A DNA stretch of 64,000 bases from NCBI GenBank assembly GCA_049521795.1, contig JBEKOM010000001.1, positions 726,452 to 790,451 of the forward strand, in the 5' to 3' direction. Below, piece by piece: positions 11,049 through 19,573 of the stretch; position 1 is the first letter of the stretch; each line of letters starts with the position of its first letter. Origin of the DNA: Candidatus Bathyarchaeia archaeon. GTDB lineage: Archaea > Thermoproteota > Bathyarchaeia > Bathyarchaeales > Bathycorpusculaceae. The translations under genes and the position numbers were made by a program. A model generated the notes under the pieces. It worked only from the letters and a program-made list of their open reading frames with translations, was not told where the DNA came from and made no database searches.

Positions 11049-11130
11049 CCGACCTTACACAAGACTGACAAGCACACATATAAAAAACATTCACCACATA
11101 CCATTACCGCTTAGGCTGTGTGGTTTGAGT

Positions 11131-13179
11131 ATGAGTCTCAACAAGGTTGTCAAGGAAGAGATTTCCGGCAACGTGGCCAAGTCGTTTGTGGCGCAGATCT
11201 CGCGTTTCCACAGGATTCAGGCTTCCACCATGTTTCATGAAGCTGCAGAGTACGTGAAGAGCGAATTGGTGAAGATGGGCTTGAACGATGCCACTATCGA
11301 ACAGTTTCCCGCTGATGGAAAGAAGAAGTACTGGACCTACACTTCACCAGTCGGCTGGACGGTCAAAAGCGCGGAACTTCGCCTCATCGAGCCTCAAGAA
11401 AAGCTGATAGCAACGTATGAGGATATTCCCCAATGCTTACACACGTGCAGCAGCGCGACACCGCCTGAAGGGGTCACGGCGGAGCTCGTTGACGTTGGAA
11501 CAGGAACTAAGCCGGCAGACTACGAAGGAAAAGATGTTAAAGGAAAATTCGTGCTGGCAACAGGCAGAGCTAGAAGAGTGCATGAGCTAGCCGTCTTCAA
11601 GTACGATGCTGCCGGCGTTATCACTGACACGATAACCTTCGAAATGCCAGACGTCAGAGAGAGCGTCGACGTACCTGACGCGCACGCGTATCAGTCGATC
11701 TGGCCAAGCGCAGACGAGCTTCCAAAGGTGAGGTTTGGTTTCTCCCTGAGTAAACGACAGGGAAATCATCTTAGAGCCCTGCTTAAAGGCGGCAAACCGG
11801 TGAGGCTGAAAGCAAACGTGGACGCGCAGCTGTTCCCCAGCAACTTGGACGTTGTTACCGCCACAGTTCCCGGCGTTTCAAAACCGGACGAAGAAGTATT
11901 CTTGATTGCACACCTGTGCCATCCGAAGCCCAGCGCTAACGACAACGCCTCCGGCAGCGGCCTACTTCTCGAAGTCGCGAGAACCATCATGGCCTTGATC
12001 GCCAAAGGCAAGATTGAAAGGCCAGCTAGGACGATACGTTTCATCTGGGTTCCTGAGACTTTCGGCTCAATAGCCTATCTTCATGGCCACGAAGACTTGC
12101 CGCCGAAGCTGGTTGCTGGAATAAACTTGGACATGGTCGGTCAAGACCAAGAGTTGTGCAAGTCCACGCTGAACCTTGACCGCACTCCAGACTCTCTGCC
12201 TTCGTACCTGAACGATTTCGTTTTCAGCCTCATGGAAGAATCGGTGAAAGAATTTGATTCATCGTCGGCCTTCGGTTCAACATCCACGTTTCGCTATGCT
12301 ACGGGTGCTTTCAGCGGCGGAAGCGACCACGCAGAATTCACTGACTCCACCATAGGCGTCCCGTGCATCATGCTGCTGCAGTGGCCCGACCTCTTCTACC
12401 ACACGAGCATGGACACTATCGACAAGGTCAGTCCTGACAGTCTGAAACGTGTCGGATGGATCGCAACGGTTGCAGCCCTGACACTCGCAAGCGCTGGAGG
12501 GGAAGAAGCGTTTCTGTTGGCAACGCAGACCGCCTCAAGAGGCATCGGGAGAATCGAAGAAGCAGGGCGAGAAGCAGTTGAGACGCTCTTCGAAAAGAAA
12601 AGGGATCAGAAGCTCAAAGATAAGCCACAGGAACTGGCTGAGGAACTCGTGAAAACGGCGCAGCGCTACGAGAACAAGATAGAGCACATTGTGTGGCGCG
12701 AGCAGCAAGCGGTCAAATCGGTGACGCGGGTTGGACAATCCCAAGAGTTGAAAGCGCTTCTAGACGAATACTGCAAGGACCTTGCAGATTTCGGGAAGAA
12801 GGAGGCTGCGAGGCTTCTTCAAGCCTTGAACTTCGCTGCCAAAACTTGGGCTTTGGTGCTTCCGGTCGCAGTTGAAGCAGGGGACACGAAGAATGAGCTG
12901 AGGAAACTGGTTCCAAAGAGATTGTTCAAAGGAACGCTGGACTTCGGAGCCGTGAGAAGAGGCCTAGGCGAAAAAGAGTATGAGTGGTACCTGGAAATCG
13001 ACGAGAAAGACCGTGAATTCTACAGGAAAGCAGCTGAAATTCTAAACTTCATGGATGAAAAACGAAGCCTGCACGAAATTTTGAATGCCGTGTCAGCCGA
13101 ATACGGTGAGACTGATCCAGAAAGCGTGTTGAAGTTTCTGCGAGACTTAGAAAAGATGAGCCTCGTCGCGTTCCAATAA
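11131..13179 (+). CDS. M28-family aminopeptidase-like protein (DUF4910-like) with PA insert and C-terminal wHTH
   Basis: AHLCHP..ANDNASG, PETFG, NLDMVG, GSDH, YHTSMD; start set at ATG 11131. Confidence 0.85.
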   Translation: MSLNKVVKEEISGNVAKSFVAQISRFHRIQASTMFHEAAEYVKSELVKMGLNDATIEQFPADGKKKYWTYTSPVGWTVKSAELRLIEPQEKLIATYEDIPQCLHTCSSATPPEGVTAELVDVGTGTKPADYEGKDVKGKFVLATGRARRVHELAVFKYDAAGVITDTITFEMPDVRESVDVPDAHAYQSIWPSADELPKVRFGFSLSKRQGNHLRALLKGGKPVRLKANVDAQLFPSNLDVVTATVPGVSKPDEEVFLIAHLCHPKPSANDNASGSGLLLEVARTIMALIAKGKIERPARTIRFIWVPETFGSIAYLHGHEDLPPKLVAGINLDMVGQDQELCKSTLNLDRTPDSLPSYLNDFVFSLMEESVKEFDSSSAFGSTSTFRYATGAFSGGSDHAEFTDSTIGVPCIMLLQWPDLFYHTSMDTIDKVSPDSLKRVGWIATVAALTLASAGGEEAFLLATQTASRGIGRIEEAGREAVETLFEKKRDQKLKDKPQELAEELVKTAQRYENKIEHIVWREQQAVKSVTRVGQSQELKALLDEYCKDLADFGKKEAARLLQALNFAAKTWALVLPVAVEAGDTKNELRKLVPKRLFKGTLDFGAVRRGLGEKEYEWYLEIDEKDREFYRKAAEILNFMDEKRSLHEILNAVSAEYGETDPESVLKFLRDLEKMSLVAFQ

Positions 13180-13268
13180 TCTCGGGCCGTCTTGCTTCAT
13201 CAAAACACACTTATACCGTTATTCTTCATTCTACTACGCGTTCAAGTGAGCACCGAGGGAATGGTCAG

Positions 13269-14021
13269 ATGGTCTGCGTGGTTGAGGTCTTCGAGAAACC
13301 GAAGCTTCGAGATCCAGTGTTGATCGAAGCGTTGCCGGGAATAGGTTTCGTGGCCAACATCGCGGGTCTGCATCTGATCCGTGAGTTAAAGGCTGAACGC
13401 TTCGCGGAGATTCATTCTTCGGCGTTTCAAGATCTCGCGGTCACAATTGAGAACGGCAGGACGCGGTCTCCCTTGAACGAACTTTACTTTTACAAGGGCA
13501 AGAACGGTGAGCGTGACATCGTCGTCTGGTACGGCAACACTCAGGCCTTGACGACCGCGGGGCAGTATGAGCTTTGTGGTCGTGTTCTAGACGTTGCCAA
13601 AGAGTTGAACTGCAAGTACGTGATAACTCTGGGCGGGTACAGGCAAGAAGAAGTCAAGACGCCTCCGCAGATGTACTGTGCAGCATCCGACCATGAAACT
13701 CTGGAAGAAGCCCTAGCCCTTGGGACCAAAATAATGGTAGGAGAGATATTCGGGATCGCTGGCATCACGGTAGGGTTGGCCAAGCTTCGAGGCGTGAAGA
13801 GCTTCTCGCTTCTCGTGGACACCTTGGGCACACATCCGGATGTGAATGCCACGCGCACCTTGCTGACAGCCCTTAACAAGTTTTTGAGCATGAACATCGA
13901 CCTCTCAAGGCTGGACGCGGCTGCAGAAGAGACTAAGAAGATACTAGAATCCTTCGGCCTGATCAGAAATGTTGGAGAAGAAAAGAAGAGAGAGGAACAG
14001 CGGTTCCGCTGGTTTATCTAG
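13269..14021 (+). CDS. Proteasome assembly chaperone PAC2 family protein
   Basis: LIEALPGIGFVANIA, ITLGG, GIAG..., IDLSRL typical of the PAC2 family. Confidence 0.88.
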   Translation: MVCVVEVFEKPKLRDPVLIEALPGIGFVANIAGLHLIRELKAERFAEIHSSAFQDLAVTIENGRTRSPLNELYFYKGKNGERDIVVWYGNTQALTTAGQYELCGRVLDVAKELNCKYVITLGGYRQEEVKTPPQMYCAASDHETLEEALALGTKIMVGEIFGIAGITVGLAKLRGVKSFSLLVDTLGTHPDVNATRTLLTALNKFLSMNIDLSRLDAAAEETKKILESFGLIRNVGEEKKREEQRFRWFI

Positions 14022-14446
14022 CTCTTGCCCTTAGCTTCACCCATGAACTGCTCGTAGACCTTCTGCACACGCTCAGCAGCCGGACCTGAACCTTCCACAA
14101 CGCCTTTCTCAGTTATCTTAACCTTGTCCATAACCCAGATGAAACCCTTGTCTTCGTAAAGCCTAACCATCGTTGGAAACACTTTTTCAAGGCGATCGGC
14201 CAGCGCCTTCATGTCAAAAGGCTTTTCAACAGTCAGTATCTGAGACACGGTGTTCCCGTTTACAAAAACTCTGTGAAGAATCTTTCCTTCTTCATCCTTT
14301 GCCTCTGAAAGGCACAGGCTCAACGTATCTGGGTTGATGCCGATCAAATTGCCGCTGAACTTCTTTCCACTCGCAGTCACAACTATCACGTTCTTGTCTG
14401 CCAACGCTGACACTTCAGTGAAAAATTTTCTCTGCGCCACTGACAA
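14018..14446 (-). CDS. Sm/Lsm RNA-binding protein, augmented SmAP3-type
   Basis: Sm1 (VIVVTASGKKFSGNLIGIN..LSLCLSEA) and Sm2 (VFVNGNTVSQI) plus C-terminal domain; TTG start at 14446 preceded by GGTGGA SD. Confidence 0.85.
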   Translation of the reverse strand: MSVAQRKFFTEVSALADKNVIVVTASGKKFSGNLIGINPDTLSLCLSEAKDEEGKILHRVFVNGNTVSQILTVEKPFDMKALADRLEKVFPTMVRLYEDKGFIWVMDKVKITEKGVVEGSGPAAERVQKVYEQFMGEAKGKS

Positions 14447-14517
14447 TTCTGAACATCCACCTTGCCAAGATGAATCTGTGAAAGGTCTATTTAAGATATA
14501 TAGAACTCGACTTGCAA

Positions 14518-14680
14518 TGCAGCTTTTCCCGATCTCTTCTTGCAAGCCACTACCCTTGCCGAGACTCTCTGAGAAGTGTTTCTCACGCGCCTTGCTTCTG
14601 ACCCGCGCCAAGTCAGGAGGGCCCTGCGCAACGCCTGTGTGCAGTACCAGTACCTTAGGGGGGAGGGGGAGTGGAGTAGA
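14518..14680 (+). ncRNA. Candidate structured ncRNA divergent from the Sm gene
   Basis: BRE/TATA GAAAGG..TATTTAAG at 14480-14495; closing helix 14547-14557/14664-14674 enclosing three hairpins with + strand G-U pairs. Confidence 0.4.
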
Positions 14681-14753
14681 CGAGGTCAAAACGTGAATAC
14701 AGGGATGTAGCGTTTCTAACTCTGGGCAGAACGTGAAAAGATCCGTGCAGTGC

Positions 14754-15269
14754 CTACTCGATGCTGATGTCTTCTGAAAGATAAGCAAGGTCGAATGGTT
14801 TAATCATTATACCCGTTTTCAAGCTCACGATGAACGACTGAACATCAGCTATGAAGTCTGAAAACTTCACCGTGTAATCTCTCATGAAATCTGCGTATTT
14901 CGAGTAGTCCCTGTGAACCGACACCATGACCGCATCCTTTCCCAAGCCTTCTCCGTCGGAGGCGAAAAGAATGTTAGGATGCTCCATCGCCCACTTCTTT
15001 GCCAAGTCAAGCTTCCTCTCAACCTCTTCTTTTCCATATGTCTTCGCCTTCGCAAACGTTAAGGCCAAGATTTCGTAGCCAACCTTGTGGAAATCGGGAA
15101 CGATCGTGTAACTTCTGATGTAGCCTTCCAGCAGCTTTCTGTTCCTCGTCACAGTCGGCTGAGACGTCCCGATTGCTCGGGCCAGTTCCCTGTCGCTTCT
15201 CCTTGAATCTCGGACCAACTCGCGCAGGAGCTTGTCCATCTTCTCTTCTTTCATGCGTCTTCGAACCAA
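14754..15269 (-). CDS. Lrp/AsnC family transcriptional regulator
   Basis: LLRELVRDSRRSDRELARAIGTSQPTVTR HTH, then YTIVPDFHKVGY linker and RAM domain. Confidence 0.9.
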   Translation of the reverse strand: MVRRRMKEEKMDKLLRELVRDSRRSDRELARAIGTSQPTVTRNRKLLEGYIRSYTIVPDFHKVGYEILALTFAKAKTYGKEEVERKLDLAKKWAMEHPNILFASDGEGLGKDAVMVSVHRDYSKYADFMRDYTVKFSDFIADVQSFIVSLKTGIMIKPFDLAYLSEDISIE

Positions 15270-15326
15270 AAACAGTCCTCAAACCATTTATCGTTTTCGG
15301 CGCACACTACCGAAGGTCTCGATGAT

Positions 15327-16595
15327 TCAAGTCCTTTTTTCCAAGTCTTGCTTGAGCAACACAACACTCTTGGGCGGCAGGTCCCGCGAGACCAGAACGT
15401 TCGGGCCGACCCAGCTGTCGTTTCCAACCTTTACGCCCGGCATGAAAAGCGCGTTTATCCCAGTCTTCACGTTGTCGCCGAAGACTACTCCAAGCTTTGT
15501 TCTTCCGGTGTCCACAACCTTGTCTTTCACCGACATCTTGACCGTTTTGGCGTCAAGCCGATAATTGGCGGTTATCGTGCCAGCAGCGATGTTGCACTTT
15601 TCACCGACTACGCTGTCACCAACGTACGACAAGTGGCCTATGTGCGTGCCGTCCATCACAATGCTGTTCTTGACCTCGCAGGCGTTTCCCACCCGCACCC
15701 TCTTACCGATGCTCGTGTATGGTCGTATGTAACAGTTTGGTCCCACATCACTCTCTTCATCGATGTAGGCTGGGCCTTCAACGTAGGCTCCTGAGCGCAC
15801 GCGGGCCGTTTCTACAACGGTCACTTGTCCGATCAGGTGGGCACCGTTCTCTATGAAGCCGCTTATCCTGTGTTTCATCCGCGTCAACGCCCAACGGTTT
15901 GCTTCCAGCAGGTCCCAAGGTCTTCCCACGTCAAGCCACTGCTCGTCGGCGATCTGAGCAGCCAACACTGTCTTCTCGTTGATGAGCAGTGAGAGGGCAT
16001 CTGGGATTTCCATCTCGCCCCTAGCCGAAGCAGAAATCTGCTTGAGCTTACCAAAAATCTCTGTTGAAAAGACATAGATTCCCGCGTTAGCCAAGTTTGA
16101 TGGAGATTCTTCGCGGGCAGGTTTCTCGATTATCCGCCTCACTTTTGCTCCATTGTCAAGTTCCACTATTCCGTAGTTCTCTGGATTTTTGACAGGAATG
16201 ACAGCCATGGTGGCCGCAGGCTTTTCTTTCTGATGTAAGTCAACAACGGTCCTAACGGCCTCAGCATCGAAAAGCAGGTCTCCGTTAACGAGCAGGAAAT
16301 CTTCGTGCACGAATGGTTCGACCACGCTCACCGCGTTGCCTGTTCCAAGCACGGCCTTCTGCTCGGCGTATTCGATCTTCAACCCAAACTTCTTACCGTC
16401 TCCAAAGTACGCGCGTATAGCATCTGCCATGTAATAGACGACTATAACCGCTTCTTCCACTCCTGAAGCCTTCAAAGCGTTCAGACAGTGTTCAAGTATT
16501 GGTCTTCCACCGACCTTTATCAGATGCTTCGGCCTAGTTGCCGTTAAAGGCTGAAGCCTCACTCCCTCCCCAGCGGCCAAGATCGCAGCTTTCAT
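15327..16595 (-). CDS. glmU: Archaeal bifunctional sugar-1-phosphate nucleotidylyltransferase/acetyltransferase
   Basis: LAAGEGVRLQPLT..PK nucleotidyltransferase motif plus hexapeptide repeats (HLSYVGDS); adjacent to glmM. Confidence 0.88.
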   Translation of the reverse strand: MKAAILAAGEGVRLQPLTATRPKHLIKVGGRPILEHCLNALKASGVEEAVIVVYYMADAIRAYFGDGKKFGLKIEYAEQKAVLGTGNAVSVVEPFVHEDFLLVNGDLLFDAEAVRTVVDLHQKEKPAATMAVIPVKNPENYGIVELDNGAKVRRIIEKPAREESPSNLANAGIYVFSTEIFGKLKQISASARGEMEIPDALSLLINEKTVLAAQIADEQWLDVGRPWDLLEANRWALTRMKHRISGFIENGAHLIGQVTVVETARVRSGAYVEGPAYIDEESDVGPNCYIRPYTSIGKRVRVGNACEVKNSIVMDGTHIGHLSYVGDSVVGEKCNIAAGTITANYRLDAKTVKMSVKDKVVDTGRTKLGVVFGDNVKTGINALFMPGVKVGNDSWVGPNVLVSRDLPPKSVVLLKQDLEKRT

Positions 16596-17966
16596 CTACT
16601 TCACTTTCCCAGCGGACTGCTCAACTAGCGATACGCCTTTTTCCATTATCTTCTTTGTTGTTCTTAACGATTCACCCTCAACCGTCAGTCTTATCACAGG
16701 CTCCGTGCCGGATGCCCTGACAAGTATCCACCCGTCTGCTAAGGATAAGCGGACACCATCAACTCTTGACAGCTCCATGTCTTCTGGAAAGACCTGCCTA
16801 AAGTCTTCGCTGACCTTCTTCACAACTCTGTATTTTGCCTCATCGCTGCACGTTATGTTTTCTCTCAGGGTTTCATACCTGGGTGTTTCGGAGATGAGTT
16901 CTGTTAACTTCTTGTCTTCTTCATCTAGGGCTTTTAGAAGCAGGGCTGAAGAAAGCATTCCGTCTGGACAATAGTGGAATTGAGGATGTATCCATGCTCC
17001 GCACGGTTCTCCTCCGAAAATGGCGTTCTGCTTTTTTATTGCTTCGGAGACGTAAATGTCGCCGACTCTTGTCCTCAGAACTCTGCCGCCATGCAACTCA
17101 ACCATTTTTTCAACGCACATCGAAGCCTCAACGTTTGTTACTACGATTCCACCGTTCCTCTGCTTTGTGACGTGCCCAGCATAAGCGGCCAGTGCACGGT
17201 CAAAGTCTGCCAGATTTCCCTTTTCGTCTATGAAGGCCACTCGGTCACCGTCGCCATCGTAAGCCACGCCTAAATCTGCGCCCAGCTCCACTATGGTTCT
17301 AGCAAAAGGCGTCAAAGACTCTTCGTTTGGTTCAGGGCTTCTGGCTGGAAAAAACCCGTCTGGTTGAGAGTTCAAGGCTGTGACTTTGCAGCCTAAAGAA
17401 GCTAGAACTGTGGGGGCCAGGCTGTACGTTGCTCCGCAGCCTGAATCCACTATCAAATACCGTTTCTTGCGGAGTTTCACGGCATCGTTTACCATTTCAA
17501 CGTACAGGCGTGACTGGTCCGCGGATTGAGAGGCGCCGATGCTCCGCCAATCTGTCAGGTAGAATCGCTTCTCTTGGATGATCTTTTCAACGGCGTTTTG
17601 CCTCTGCTCATCGTAGGCCATGCTGTCGCTGTGGAAGATCTTTATGCCGTTGTACTGAGGCGGGTTGTGTGAAGCCGTGATCATCAGGCCCGCGCCTGCC
17701 TCCATTCTGTGAGTTAGAAAAGCCAACACTGGAGTCGGCAGGATTCCCATGTCTTCGACGTTGGCTCCCCCTGACAGAAGGCCAGAAACCAAGGCGTTTG
17801 CAAGCATTGCGCCTGAGCTTCTTGTGTCCCGAGCAACAAGTACCTTGTTTGTCTTGGAAAACGCTGCAACAGCCATACCTACCTGGGCTGCCAGGACCGG
17901 TGTGAGGTTGACGTTCACTAGTCCGCGCACGCCTGAGCTGCCGAATAACTTTGACAAGTGTTTCAC
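16596..17966 (-). CDS. glmM: Phosphoglucosamine mutase / phosphohexomutase
   Basis: FGSSGVRG, ITASHNP, DGDGDR, GGE, RASGTEP. Confidence 0.88.
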   Translation of the reverse strand: MKHLSKLFGSSGVRGLVNVNLTPVLAAQVGMAVAAFSKTNKVLVARDTRSSGAMLANALVSGLLSGGANVEDMGILPTPVLAFLTHRMEAGAGLMITASHNPPQYNGIKIFHSDSMAYDEQRQNAVEKIIQEKRFYLTDWRSIGASQSADQSRLYVEMVNDAVKLRKKRYLIVDSGCGATYSLAPTVLASLGCKVTALNSQPDGFFPARSPEPNEESLTPFARTIVELGADLGVAYDGDGDRVAFIDEKGNLADFDRALAAYAGHVTKQRNGGIVVTNVEASMCVEKMVELHGGRVLRTRVGDIYVSEAIKKQNAIFGGEPCGAWIHPQFHYCPDGMLSSALLLKALDEEDKKLTELISETPRYETLRENITCSDEAKYRVVKKVSEDFRQVFPEDMELSRVDGVRLSLADGWILVRASGTEPVIRLTVEGESLRTTKKIMEKGVSLVEQSAGKVK

Positions 17967-18083
17967 GTCACCTGAAGTGTCGAACTATCTTATTGATGAA
18001 GAGGACCTGCTCCTTTAAAAATTAGGCGTGATTCCAACGTCTTCTGCGACGCTTGTACGTGGTTTGCTTGTCGTCGGTCGTTG

Positions 18084-18893
18084 TTAGCCGAGAATGAGGC
18101 GTATGAGCATCCAGACGATGTCGCCCATAAACAAGGCTACAATCAGGCCTGCTGTGACGAATATGAGCATGGGGAGGCCAGGGGTAGCCCAAACCTTATC
18201 TCTCATGCTTCCGGCTTCGATGGCTTTGTCCAATCTTTCAACGATCTCGTTTCTGCCCGCGTCCTTAGGTAAGATGACCAGTTTTCTCTTGAAGCTTCGT
18301 TCTGGGGTTTCTTCCACGTCCTCCATGGGGTACACGTGCCACTTCTCTTTCAGCTTGTTGATGGAAACTTTGTACCCTGTTATTAAGATCAAAATCTTCT
18401 TTCCCGGAGATTCATTCTTATGGTCTCCTTCAAACAGGGGTTCCCGAGTTTTGAGGCGTGAAGACACGTTGTAAAGCAGAATTACAATTGCCGTCAGTGC
18501 GGCGAACAGCACCGCGTTGCTGAAAACGGTTATTGGAAAGAAAGTTCTTGAGATCGGTGAAGGCTGACCTGTTAACGGTGTCAGCAGGTTCTCAGGATAG
18601 AAAGGCAAGGCAAGTGCCAGACACATGAGGGCTTTTGCGTCTGCCCCGCCGAAGCCTCCTGAATAATAGAGCACTAGTGCGAAGGCCGCGGTCAAACCGA
18701 AGCATGTACCATACGCGATCAGCTGTGACGGTTCATAGAGAAAGAGTTCCGTAAACGTAAGTGCAAAAGATAAAGGCGCGAGCAACAGCCAAACACTGTC
18801 GCTTACTTCACGGGATTTGTAGTCACTCCATGATGCATAAAGCAGAAAGAGCAAAACTGTCGTTGATCTTGCCAAGTCAAATAACATTTGCAC
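18084..18893 (-). CDS. Prepilin/prearchaellin peptidase (A24, FlaK/PibD-like)
   Basis: SWSDYKSREV, FGGADAK, C-terminal VWATPGLPM; lies next to the pilin genes. Confidence 0.9.
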   Translation of the reverse strand: MQMLFDLARSTTVLLFLLYASWSDYKSREVSDSVWLLLAPLSFALTFTELFLYEPSQLIAYGTCFGLTAAFALVLYYSGGFGGADAKALMCLALALPFYPENLLTPLTGQPSPISRTFFPITVFSNAVLFAALTAIVILLYNVSSRLKTREPLFEGDHKNESPGKKILILITGYKVSINKLKEKWHVYPMEDVEETPERSFKRKLVILPKDAGRNEIVERLDKAIEAGSMRDKVWATPGLPMLIFVTAGLIVALFMGDIVWMLIRLILG

Positions 18894-19001
18894 AGCGACA
18901 CCGTTGCAGATCTTCTGTCGTTATCGCTCTGGATATTTAACAATTAGGATGTGTCGGCATAGAAAGCTTTGCGAATTTTCTTGGCGGAGTTTTCGATTTT
19001 C

Positions 19002-19439
19002 CTAAGAGGCTTGTGCCTGCTGTGCCCATGGTCCTAAGATCTGCTCTTGAGCTATGACTTTGAAGTAATATGTTGCGCCTGATGTCCAGTTGTAGTTTAC
19101 CGTAATTCTCGCAACGTGGCCTGCTAAGCACGCTTCGGGAAGAGATGAGCTCGTTAGGTTCTGCCCATTTGAGGATGATGTCCCAACGTAGATTTGGATT
19201 AAGTGTGCGTCAGAAGTTCCTGCGTTTTCTATGTCAATATCTATTTTGTCATTTGCGGTTCCGTAGAAGCTGATGTTTGCCGGGGTCAGTCTGACACCTG
19301 CTTGGTTTCCAGCGTTGTTCATGTAAGTCATGACCCAAGCATAGGTTACGACGATTGCCGCCACTGCTATGACTACTAGCAGCAGAGTCGCAAGTATCGG
19401 TGATATGGCTTTTCTGGACTTCACCATTTTTCTTATCAA
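19002..19439 (-). CDS. Archaeal type IV pilin (probable major pilin)
   Basis: Class III signal peptide RKA|ISPILATLLLVVIAVAA; several N-x-S/T sequons; own promoter. Confidence 0.9.
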   Translation of the reverse strand: MIRKMVKSRKAISPILATLLLVVIAVAAIVVTYAWVMTYMNNAGNQAGVRLTPANISFYGTANDKIDIDIENAGTSDAHLIQIYVGTSSSNGQNLTSSSLPEACLAGHVARITVNYNWTSGATYYFKVIAQEQILGPWAQQAQAS

Positions 19440-19459
19440 ACATATTCACCCTTGTGTGT

Positions 19460-19487
19460 ATAGCAAATCTTGCTATTCATTATTTAA
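19460..19487 (-). promoter_or_regulatory. Pilin promoter: TATA box with an adjacent inverted repeat
   Basis: Minus-strand TTAAATAA (19487-19480), followed by the palindrome ATAGCAA-atc-TTGCTAT (19460-19476). Confidence 0.5.
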
Positions 19488-19573
19488 CTCGTATGAACTC
19501 GGAATCCACATTTGAGACACCTGCGAAGTGCCCGACATGAACTTGAAATCTGCAAAGATAACGGATTATCGTT

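Noticed and set aside
10876-11130. Upstream extension of the M28 peptidase ORF
   Set aside because: Antisense overlap with the tgtA 5' end; ATG 11131 is more plausible. The same reasoning applies to the extensions at 47923, 48885, 49265 and 32895.
14600-14630. AAGTCAGGAGGGCCCTGC resembling a cobalamin riboswitch 3' end, or SRP helix 8 on the minus strand
   Set aside because: The B12 core (GGGAA...GCCACTG) and SRP GNRA helix motifs are absent, and there is no downstream gene on that strand.
14447-14788. 114-aa N-terminal extension of the Sm ORF
   Set aside because: Not protein-like, overlaps the Lrp gene, and an SD plus TATA support the TTG start at 14446.
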